A stretch of 64,000 bases of DNA from a virus. The notes beneath the pieces were generated by a model. That model searched no databases and was not told where the DNA came from. It worked only from the letters and a program-made list of their open reading frames with translations. Shown here one piece after another: positions 1 to 7,004 of the stretch. The stretch covers positions 96,001-160,000 of IMG/VR virus record IMGVR_UViG_3300034683_000192. One strand, written 5' to 3'. Position 1 is the first letter of the stretch; each line of letters starts with the position of its first letter. The position numbers and the translations under genes are program-made.

Positions 1-2
1 AT

Positions 3-845
3 CCAGTAGTTAAATGTTTCGACAATATGACCATCAATGCTGGTCATATCGTACGTCCCACAAATCGATGCAAAGGGATGTTTATTCGTGTTCTCGGGAA
101 TTTGATTGTCAATGGTCAATTGACTATGACTGCCAGAGGTGCAAAAGGCCCTGGTAAATTTGTAGGAATAGCTCATCAAGACGAGATAATTTACTTCAAT
201 CCTACGGATATCTATCCTAAAAATCCAAGATTCACAGTCATCGATAGACTTGGTGGAGCCAGACGAACTTCACCAAACTCACCGGGTTCTCCTGGAGTTA
301 ATGGAGCGTGTGGTGGTGGTGGGTGTGGATCGGTCGAAACTGCATATGGTGCAAGTCGCGGTCTAGGTGGAGAAGGTACTTCATTTTCTGGTGGTCCAGG
401 TGGAGGTGGTTCTCCTCGTGCTGCTGCTGGCGATGGTGCGATAGAAGGTGGCGCAGGCGGTGCCGGTGTTGGGTGGTATTCAGGTACTCGATGGTGGTCT
501 GCTGGTGGTGGAGCAGGAAATCCAGGTGGTGCCGGAAATGGTACGGGAGGAACTGCTGGTGGTAACGGCACTGGCGGTCTGATTATTCTTTTCGTACATG
601 GAAATATCATATTTGGTGCCAACGGAAAAATAATCTCTGGTGGCACCCAAGGTGGAGCAGGTTACGATTCTGGCGGAGGATCTGGTGGCGGAGCCATCCA
701 TATCTTTCATAAGGGTAGTCTTGGTGAACCTGCAAAGATTTCTTGTCCAGGAGGTGCTCCAGGTACACCAGTTGCAACTGGTGGGTATAATGGTACTCCT
801 GGATTTGCTGGAGGAGCTGGGTCTGTTAATATTGTCCAAATATAA
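3..845 (+). CDS. Glycine-rich virion/tail-associated protein, copy 1 (5' truncated by window edge)
   Basis: Frame is open from base 3 (PVVKCFDNMTINAGH...). It matches the paralogs at 25647-26699 and 26776-27888 (TINAGHIVRP.NRCKGMFI, GTGGLI.LFV.G.I, GGGSGGGAIHIFHKG, GSVNIVQI). Confidence 0.7.
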   Translation, partial: PVVKCFDNMTINAGHIVRPTNRCKGMFIRVLGNLIVNGQLTMTARGAKGPGKFVGIAHQDEIIYFNPTDIYPKNPRFTVIDRLGGARRTSPNSPGSPGVNGACGGGGCGSVETAYGASRGLGGEGTSFSGGPGGGGSPRAAAGDGAIEGGAGGAGVGWYSGTRWWSAGGGAGNPGGAGNGTGGTAGGNGTGGLIILFVHGNIIFGANGKIISGGTQGGAGYDSGGGSGGGAIHIFHKGSLGEPAKISCPGGAPGTPVATGGYNGTPGFAGGAGSVNIVQI

Positions 846-850
846 TAGCT

Positions 851-878
851 CTAGAGTCACCCAGTCGGGTGACTCTAG
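851..878. terminator. Hairpin between convergent genes
   Basis: CTAGAGTCACCC-agtc-GGGTGACTCTAG, 12-bp stem. Confidence 0.7.
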
Positions 879-893
879 ATTATACGAGTTAGA

Positions 894-1667
894 TTATTTC
901 AAAAACATCTCGATGAGTCGATGGATATCATCCACAAACCGTGAGTATTGTCGCTTGTACTCGAAGTATTTGGATACTCCGAGTGTAGTGAAGTAATCTC
1001 GATAGAACTGATACTCAATCGAATCTACAGGTATGAGCTTCACAGATCCGTATTTCTGAAGAATGTAGCCGAGTGGAGTACTCGCAGATCTTGGAAAATA
1101 CAGAGCAGTCTGACTTGGTTGAGAGACTTCAAATACACGAACAAGTTCTTCGTCGTGAATTGCACCGTACATGATACCAGCATCCACCTGGATCTTGGAT
1201 AAGTTAGCATCGGTGAGTTGCGATACATCTGTTTCCACCGAAAGATAGTGCAATCGAGCATCATCCACGTGATCGAAAGGCGCAGAGATTGGTAAATTTT
1301 TCAGGAAACTCATCATTGGTTCGTGCACTGGGTGAATACGGCATGTATTTCCAGTGATCGAAACTCTGATGGTATCATTGAGTTTGTGTGTGTTTTGAGA
1401 TTCTCGATATGTGAGTGCTTGAAGATTTCGAAGATCTTCAGGAATACCACGAAGAGTAATGTGCATGTTACCGTATGCAGAGCATCTATCTTGAGGAACA
1501 AATCCAGTACATGCTTCTTCGATGCGTAGTTCACTGAATTGTTCCAAAAGTTTCGCCAACTCCACGAAGTCATCGTCGATCTTCTTGAGGCTAGGATTAG
1601 TACACACGATATTTGCACATTCGCCATCTCTTGAATAATGCCCGCAGGTTGCGCATCTGTAAATCAT
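894..1667 (-). CDS. Hypothetical protein with N-terminal Cys cluster (CATC...C...C)
   Basis: Start reassigned to ATG at 1667 (GGAGG RBS; MIYRCATCGH), which removes the overlap with purZ. Confidence 0.65.
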   Translation of the reverse strand: MIYRCATCGHYSRDGECANIVCTNPSLKKIDDDFVELAKLLEQFSELRIEEACTGFVPQDRCSAYGNMHITLRGIPEDLRNLQALTYRESQNTHKLNDTIRVSITGNTCRIHPVHEPMMSFLKNLPISAPFDHVDDARLHYLSVETDVSQLTDANLSKIQVDAGIMYGAIHDEELVRVFEVSQPSQTALYFPRSASTPLGYILQKYGSVKLIPVDSIEYQFYRDYFTTLGVSKYFEYKRQYSRFVDDIHRLIEMFLK

Positions 1668-1760
1668 GATGTTCCTCCGTTGTAAAATTTGTACTCGTAC
1701 ATGATGGTAATGATCCATCATATTTAACATCGAGTAACTACGATATACATGGAGGGAATC

Positions 1761-2993
1761 ATGTTTGAAAATTTTGTCAAGCCTGGAAAAATCAATATGG
1801 TGATCGATGGTGCATTTGGTAGCACTGGTAAAGGTGCGGTTGCTGCACGTATTGCCATGGACACAGATATCATCCATCTTGCGTGCAGTACCACATCCCC
1901 CAATGCAGGACATACGTTCTATTGGAATAATACCAAATACATCACGCATCTCATTCCGGCTGCTGCGATCATCCATGACAGATGTGGAATTTACATGTCC
2001 GCAGACTCAGTCATCGACTACGATCTACTCATGAAAGAAATGGACGAATTTAACATAGACGATGGTCGATTGTTCATCCATCCTCGTGCATGTGTAATCA
2101 CTGATGAAGATAAAGAAATCGAAGCTCGTCATGGTGGAATCGAAACGATCGCATCCACACAGTCTGGAGTAGGATCTGCTCGTGCGAGAAAGATCTTGAG
2201 AACAGGGCTTCTTGCTGAGAATGATCCAAGACTTAAGGACTATGTCAAGAAATACGACATTCGTCGAGACTTCGGAGAAATCGAAGACTGTAAAGTACTC
2301 GTCGAAACAGGACAAGGTCTAGGTCTCGACATCAATCATGGATATAGCTATCCGTATTGTACATCAAGATCTGTACTTCCAGCAAAGGTTCTTGAGGAAC
2401 TCGCACTACATCCCAAGTATTGTGGGAACATTATGCTCTGTTTTCGGACATTTCCTATCAGAGTGGGCAATCCCACAAGAGACGGAAAAGAAGTAGGATT
2501 CTCTGGTCCTTTCTGGGACGATTCAGTAGAAACATCCTTCGAAGAAATCGGAGTAGATAAAGAACTCACCACCGTCACAAAACGGGTGCGACGTGTTGCT
2601 ACGTTCTCAGTAAAGCAATACGAAGACGCAATTTACACGATTGAACCAACGCACGTAATCATTACGTTCATGAATTACCTCGAAGAGATGGAAGATTTCC
2701 CTATACTTAAGAGAGCCCCAGACTACATCAACGTAGGTCCTTACCCTGATGATATTTGTGCATTTCCTGGGTGGTGCAACGAGATTCCTATCGTTATGAC
2801 CAACAAGAGATTTCAGAAAAGATTGGCGGTACTTCAAGAATGGATTGATGAAGCATATGCCATCAATTCCGCAGTACTTACAAAAACTATGACCATCACT
2901 GATGACGGATACACGGAATTGAAAGAATTGCTCAGAATGCTTATCCAGCGTAAGAGCGATTTGAACTATATGTATCGACATACAAACAAATGA
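1761..2993 (+). CDS. purZ: PurZ-like adenylosuccinate-synthetase family enzyme (putative 2-aminodeoxyadenylosuccinate synthetase, Z-base pathway) with C-terminal extension
   Basis: PurA-fold motifs GAFGSTGKG, PNAGHT, GIETIASTQSGVG, VETGQG, YPYCTSR, RTFPIRVGN, TTVTKRVRR. Ser replaces the catalytic Asp (PurA GDEGKG), and TFMNY replaces TKLD. GGAGG RBS precedes the ATG at 1761. Confidence 0.85.
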   Translation: MFENFVKPGKINMVIDGAFGSTGKGAVAARIAMDTDIIHLACSTTSPNAGHTFYWNNTKYITHLIPAAAIIHDRCGIYMSADSVIDYDLLMKEMDEFNIDDGRLFIHPRACVITDEDKEIEARHGGIETIASTQSGVGSARARKILRTGLLAENDPRLKDYVKKYDIRRDFGEIEDCKVLVETGQGLGLDINHGYSYPYCTSRSVLPAKVLEELALHPKYCGNIMLCFRTFPIRVGNPTRDGKEVGFSGPFWDDSVETSFEEIGVDKELTTVTKRVRRVATFSVKQYEDAIYTIEPTHVIITFMNYLEEMEDFPILKRAPDYINVGPYPDDICAFPGWCNEIPIVMTNKRFQKRLAVLQEWIDEAYAINSAVLTKTMTITDDGYTELKELLRMLIQRKSDLNYMYRHTNK

Positions 2994-3018
2994 CAAAAAA
3001 TAAATACACTCACCACAA

Positions 3019-3048
3019 GAGAGGGAGAGCCCTAGGGCTCTCCCTCTC
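3019..3048. terminator. Perfect 30-bp palindrome / bidirectional terminator
   Basis: GAGAGGGAGAGCCCT|AGGGCTCTCCCTCTC, between convergent purZ and 3069-3908. Confidence 0.75.
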
Positions 3049-3068
3049 ATATCTGTGAAGAATGCCTA

Positions 3069-3908
3069 CTAGAACTCCGGAGTCTCATACTCGAGCTCGA
3101 TTTCCGGGCCGAGTTTATCCACGTAGTGTTCGATGCTGGACGCCGTAGCAACGAATGCTTTCACCATTCCTTGAACATCGACGCCTTCGGCATCCATGGT
3201 GTACGGTACATTGTACATGGTCAGTTCGATGTCGATTTCGACGCCCTCACTCATTCCTTCACCGAAATTGGCGGTCGTGATTTCGATCTCGGACCGACCG
3301 AGAGGAACCAGGATCGTTGAGTCGATCCGCAGAAGAGCGATATTTATCTTTCCGCTCAACCCCAGATCAACCGAAGGCGCACCGTACTGTGGACCAAACT
3401 CGACCGATGTGGTGGTGGAGTTCAGTACCAGGAGCATCGATGTGAGAATTTCATCGAAGTCCATCTTTTCCCAGTTTTCGCTGGGGAATTCCGCAGACGT
3501 ATGCGAAAACGGTATCTGGAGGGTATACGACATTGCGATGTGTACCGTATCTTCACAGTACACCTCAGGATGATGCATCCTGTCGCGGTCGGCTCCGGAA
3601 TTCTTGGGAAGCCCGTTCTCATCGATGGTCATCTGAGGATGCTTCCAAATGGACGTATCCAATTCTTCTCTGGGAATGATCATGATCCTGGGTGCGATGA
3701 ATGCACCCCGGATGGCGTTGCCGATCTGGAAATACTTTTTGTCGAGGTACCCCAGAATTTGCATCATGGCAGCGAACTTTGTGAACTCACTGCCATAAAT
3801 TTTCAGAGCATTGTACCGATGCCCCGTGACGTCGGATACGACGAAGTTGTACCAGTTGTCGTTGTTCGCCGCAACCATTTGCTGAAAGTTGGACCTGATG
3901 ATTTCCAT
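3069..3908 (-). CDS. Hypothetical protein, probably abundant/early
   Basis: 279-aa ORF with GC3-rich codon usage like the chimallin gene; preceded by a TATATTAC motif. Confidence 0.8.
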   Translation of the reverse strand: MEIIRSNFQQMVAANNDNWYNFVVSDVTGHRYNALKIYGSEFTKFAAMMQILGYLDKKYFQIGNAIRGAFIAPRIMIIPREELDTSIWKHPQMTIDENGLPKNSGADRDRMHHPEVYCEDTVHIAMSYTLQIPFSHTSAEFPSENWEKMDFDEILTSMLLVLNSTTTSVEFGPQYGAPSVDLGLSGKINIALLRIDSTILVPLGRSEIEITTANFGEGMSEGVEIDIELTMYNVPYTMDAEGVDVQGMVKAFVATASSIEHYVDKLGPEIELEYETPEF

Positions 3909-4037
3909 GACAGACCTCTTTTGGTGTCAAGTGTTATTTTAAGAAGAGCGAGAAATCGTTCGAGATCGAGTCGCCGAACTTGGACATGGTGGTCTCCATG
4001 TATATTGATTTTGGTGATTGACAGATCGATCAAAAAA

Positions 4038-4045
4038 GTAATATA
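4038..4045 (-). promoter_or_regulatory. TATATTAC phage promoter motif
   Basis: Exact TATATTAC on the minus strand upstream of 3069-3908. The same motif recurs intergenically across the window and matches the phiKZ early promoter consensus. Confidence 0.65.
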
Positions 4046-4060
4046 TACTTGAAATAACTA

Positions 4061-4090
4061 GAGAGACAGGAGGTTTCCCTCCTGTCTCTC
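4061..4090. terminator. Hairpin ending the tRNA/tmRNA operon
   Basis: GAGAGACAGGAGG-tttc-CCTCCTGTCTCTC. Confidence 0.7.
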
Positions 4091-4101
4091 ATGTATTAAA
4101 A

Positions 4102-4191
4102 TGGCGGAAGGAGAGGGATTCGAACCCCCGGTAGGTTTCCCTACGTCGGTTTTCAAAACCGATGCAATTAGCCAGACTCTACCATCCTTCC
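4102..4191 (-). tRNA. tRNA-Ser(UGA)
   Basis: GGAAGGA/TCCTTCC acceptor stem, TCGGT-TTTGAAA-ACCGA anticodon arm, long variable arm, GGTTCGAATCC, encoded CCA. Confidence 0.95.
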
Positions 4192-4202
4192 GTAAATTGC
4201 AT

Positions 4203-4586
4203 CTATTCGGGAGTGCGGAATCCGAGCTTGGAGAATCTCCGCAGATTGTTAATAATCCGCGTTACACCCGCGAGAAGTTCATGAATCAGTCGGACCTTGA
4301 AGACGTCAGCATCAGTAGGAGACGCTGCATATCTGATACGATCTGTGAACTGAAACCCATCGGTGCTTCTCCACAGAACACAACTAAAATCCGTCGTGTC
4401 CATGGTCAGTTCAACCCATACGGTCTGATCAGAGCTGATGGATACATCGAGCTGAAACCAATCCAGAGGATCATTGATATCGTGAATGTTCGCGCAGATC
4501 TCTTCGACGACAGTCTTCGCGATTGTGAACTGTTCTTCGCATGTGAGTTCCCGATGTCGTCCAACACTAGCGATGCTTGCGCACAT
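4203..4586 (-). CDS. Hypothetical protein within the RNA gene cluster
   Basis: 127-aa ORF with AGGAG RBS, filling the gap between tmRNA and tRNA-Ser. Confidence 0.65.
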   Translation of the reverse strand: MCASIASVGRHRELTCEEQFTIAKTVVEEICANIHDINDPLDWFQLDVSISSDQTVWVELTMDTTDFSCVLWRSTDGFQFTDRIRYAASPTDADVFKVRLIHELLAGVTRIINNLRRFSKLGFRTPE

Positions 4587-4614
4587 ATATCTTAATCTCC
4601 TGAAGTTGTAAAGT

Positions 4615-5010
4615 TGGTGGAGCCGGTGGGAATCGAACCCACGTCTTGAACTGGAATCAGAATTGCATCTACGTGTGTATCCTCAGTGTTTTCTGACCCG
4701 AGGCTTGGTCGCTCCTATTTTTCAAAGGTGGGGTACGGAGAACTCCTACCACCTAGGGTTGACAATTTAAATGCGATCACCACTCGCATCGATCCAGATA
4801 AGTTTCGCACTTCTTCTTTATCTGACGTCCAGAGAAGTACGTGCTCCTCTAGGGAGCAGTGGCTCTAGGCGGCGTTCGCGTAAGCGAAGTCGTCACGAGC
4901 GGGAGCAGCAAGAGCGTTGGCAGTTGCTTTCGTTGGGCTTTTTAACGCGGCCAGCCCACCGCGACACGCAGCAGTATCCTATCCAACTCAATCGAAACCA
5001 GGGCGGCCCC
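4615..5010 (-). ncRNA. ssrA: tmRNA (tag ANALAAPARDDFAYANAA*, 4865-4921)
   Basis: 5' GGGGCCG...GGTTTCGA and 3' GGGTTCGATTCCCACCGGCTCCACCA. G3.U wobble alanine acceptor; no anticodon arm; internal tag ORF starts after AACT at GCC AAC and ends in AA-stop; 396 nt. Confidence 0.93.
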
Positions 5011-5019
5011 ACTTTAATT

Positions 5020-5095
5020 TGGCGCGCTCGAGAAGGGTCGAACTTCTGACCAAGAGTTTAGAAGACTCCTGCTCTATCCACTGAGCTACGAGCGC
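5020..5095 (-). tRNA. tRNA-Arg(UCU)
   Basis: GCGCTCG acceptor stem, GGAGT-CTTCTAA-ACTCT anticodon arm, CCA end, 76 nt. Confidence 0.93.
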
Positions 5096-5110
5096 ATGAA
5101 TTGTAAAATT

Positions 5111-5186
5111 TGGTCGGAACGACTGGATTTGAACCAGCGACCCCTGCTCCCAAAGCAGGTGCGCTGCCAGGCTGATCTACGTTCCG
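5111..5186 (-). tRNA. tRNA-Pro(UGG)
   Basis: CGGAACG acceptor stem, CCTGC-TTTGGGA-GCAGG anticodon arm, GGTTCAAATCC, CCA end. Confidence 0.95.
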
Positions 5187-5203
5187 ATAAGGAGAAAGAA
5201 ATT

Positions 5204-5278
5204 TGGAGCGGGGTACGGGATTTGAACCCGCAACAGCTGGGGCGGAGACCCAGTATTCTACCTTTGAATTAACCCCGC
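5204..5278 (-). tRNA. tRNA-Gly(UCC) with non-canonical anticodon loop
   Basis: GCGGGGT/ACCCCGC acceptor, U73 discriminator, CCA end. Anticodon arm CTGGG-TCTCCGC-CCCAG has C33, G37 and C38. Confidence 0.85.
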
Positions 5279-5281
5279 ATC

Positions 5282-5825
5282 TCACATACACTCGCGTTTC
5301 TTGGTAGGAAGACCAAGAAAATTGGCCCATTTACGAACCGCGTTATCACTAACGCCATATTTCTCACCAACTTTCGTCACTGGCATTTGTGAAAGGTCTC
5401 TTCCTAGTTGATCAGCGTCCGGTCGATTCACCTTTCGTGACGACATCTGTGCACACGAGTATGAACAAAATTTTTTCTGTCCTATATCTAGAGATTTTCC
5501 ACACTCCAGACAATGTTTATTCCGTAATGCTTCTTTCGCTACATGTATGGGATTTGGAAGTATTACTCGGGTATCCATCCATTTATGTAATTTTGCATGC
5601 TGGGAGTTACGAAGAATCAGTAAATTTCTTGGGTCGTTGTTACTTTTATTGCAATCAAGATGATGAACTACTTCGTCACTTCGCAATCCTTCAGGAACTG
5701 TGGAATCCGCTACTAGAATGTGTTCGTATACATATCCCTTATAACTTCCAGATCTGATTGCTCTAGGATGCTCTGGAGCATAACACTAATACATATCCTG
5801 AATCTTTTATTATCCGTTTATTCAC
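5282..5825 (-). pseudogene. HNH homing endonuclease with a +1 frameshift near 5783
   Basis: GAGGAG RBS and GTG at 5825 give MNKRIIKDSGYVLV. One extra T then shifts to YAPEHPRA...GYVYEHILV...EVVHHLDCNKSNNDPRNLL (HNH core), followed by a Zn-finger and HTH tail. Confidence 0.8.
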
Positions 5826-5846
5826 CAAATCTTCTCCTCAAATAGT

Positions 5847-6035
5847 AAAAATACGTACTCACCCAAAGACGAACCAATCCACCGGTCATTGTCCTTAGGT
5901 GAGTACGGGTTTCCTCCACGGAGGACGATTCAATCACGGAGCCTATGTGACTGAACCAAGTTGAAGTTTACGTAGCTGGATTGCTCCTGCCCCTCAACCC
6001 TGGGATAACCACTTCCCAGTTAGACTATGATGAAT
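5847..6035 (-). ncRNA. Candidate structured ncRNA / leader (five hairpins, unidentified)
   Basis: Non-coding stretch with consecutive stems: CTGGGA/TCCCAG, GTTGAG...TTCAAC with an internal GGA-GCAA-TCC, TTCAGTCAC/GTGATTGAA, CCTCC/GGAGG, and CGTACTCACC/GGTGAGTACG followed by TATTTTT. A TATACTAC promoter-like motif lies at 6042-6049. Confidence 0.45.
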
Positions 6036-6067
6036 TCCCGTGTAGTATACCCGGAGTATGTTTTTGT

Positions 6068-6373
6068 TTACATCCGGTATGGGAACTTCTCCTCAATTGA
6101 TGCTGTGATGATCCGGATTGCATTGATCCTTTTGTAGTGCCATGCCGCTCTGGCGAACAATCTGTTTCCCGGAACAACTATAGTTACTGACACCTTATCA
6201 GGATCAAGGTAGGTGTGAAGCCTTTTCAGAAATGTCTCGACTGAGCAAGTTCCGTGTAGACGATGTTCGGAATATTCGAGAACTGTCAAATTCTCGATAT
6301 TCGAATTGATGAGGATATGAACCCCTTCAATTTGGTATACTTGCTCTGCGAATTTCTTCAAGCTCACAAGCAT
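6068..6373 (-). CDS. Hypothetical protein
   Basis: 101-aa ORF, tightly packed in a minus-strand operon. Confidence 0.6.
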   Translation of the reverse strand: MLVSLKKFAEQVYQIEGVHILINSNIENLTVLEYSEHRLHGTCSVETFLKRLHTYLDPDKVSVTIVVPGNRLFARAAWHYKRINAIRIITASIEEKFPYRM

Positions 6374-6376
6374 CTG

Positions 6377-6853
6377 CTAGTCTCCTTTGCTCGCGCAGTC
6401 CGGGTGGCGTCTTTCCAGTTCACCAATGAGTTCGTCATCGGTGAATGAGGAAAGCTGTAACTTTCTCGTTCCGACGTTTTTCTTCGGAAGGCTATCGTAG
6501 ATGAGCGCGACTATCGCGGAGGCGATGCCAGTCGCACACATGATAGCAATATATCCGTATACCATCTTGGTCGTGGACGTCACATCCATGGTACTGGGAC
6601 CACAGATGGAAAGTAGTGCCAGCAGCATCGACAGGCCCACGGCGATGCCGAGATACACCATACCTCGGAAACTCAGTCCGTCGTATTGTGCCACTGCGTG
6701 CGGATACAGATGCATCTTTCTTCCCCAGTACTGAGACGTCTGGATTGCGCGATGATTCATGATCGCGAGTTTGCGTGCCTTGCGCAGTCGTTCGAATTTC
6801 CATGCAGCGTATTTTCCGGAGATTTTCTGCCAGAGAAAAGAAAAGATGTTCAT
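6377..6853 (-). CDS. Two-TM membrane protein containing a 23-aa copy of the RNAP beta' bridge helix
   Basis: RKLAIMNHRAIQTSQYWGRKMHL matches RKAAIMNHKAIQTSQYWGRKMHL in 30867-32867. Two hydrophobic segments follow. GGAG RBS. Confidence 0.75.
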   Translation of the reverse strand: MNIFSFLWQKISGKYAAWKFERLRKARKLAIMNHRAIQTSQYWGRKMHLYPHAVAQYDGLSFRGMVYLGIAVGLSMLLALLSICGPSTMDVTSTTKMVYGYIAIMCATGIASAIVALIYDSLPKKNVGTRKLQLSSFTDDELIGELERRHPDCASKGD

Positions 6854-7004
6854 GACTACTCCTCCGATTTGTCAGATGTACGGTAGATGATTCGTTCTTT
6901 GTCACTGAAGATTGAGACGACGAACAGAATAAAGAACCACAGCCGGTAACCATTTCCGAAGATTACCGACAGAAATAACAGAAAACTAAGCATGTGGTCC
7001 TCTC

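Noticed and set aside
894-1667. DatZ-like HD dATPase next to purZ (contains IHDEE)
   Set aside because: It lacks the upstream His motif and the downstream GD..P/D motifs of HD hydrolases; a single HD dipeptide is not sufficient.
1668-1976. N-terminal extension of the 894-1976 ORF overlapping purZ
   Set aside because: A clear GGAGG RBS supports a start at 1667, which removes the overlap.
1749-2993. Ordinary adenylosuccinate synthetase PurA
   Set aside because: It lacks the catalytic Asp (GSTGKG rather than GDEGKG) and the GTP-specifying TKLD Asp.
3069-3908. Tail tube protein (similar size to phiKZ gp30)
   Set aside because: I recognise no sequence resemblance, there is no adjacent sheath gene, and it has an early-type promoter.
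4101-5330. ORFs 4101-4595, 4771-5049 and 5058-5330
   Set aside because: They overlap tRNA and tmRNA genes and are translation artefacts.
5770-5800. Stop-codon (TAG) recoding to explain the broken HNH gene
   Set aside because: The homologous N-terminus lies in the other frame, so a frameshift explains it. Long genes are intact under code 11, TAG ends real genes (e.g. 45370) and the tmRNA tag, and no suppressor tRNA is present.
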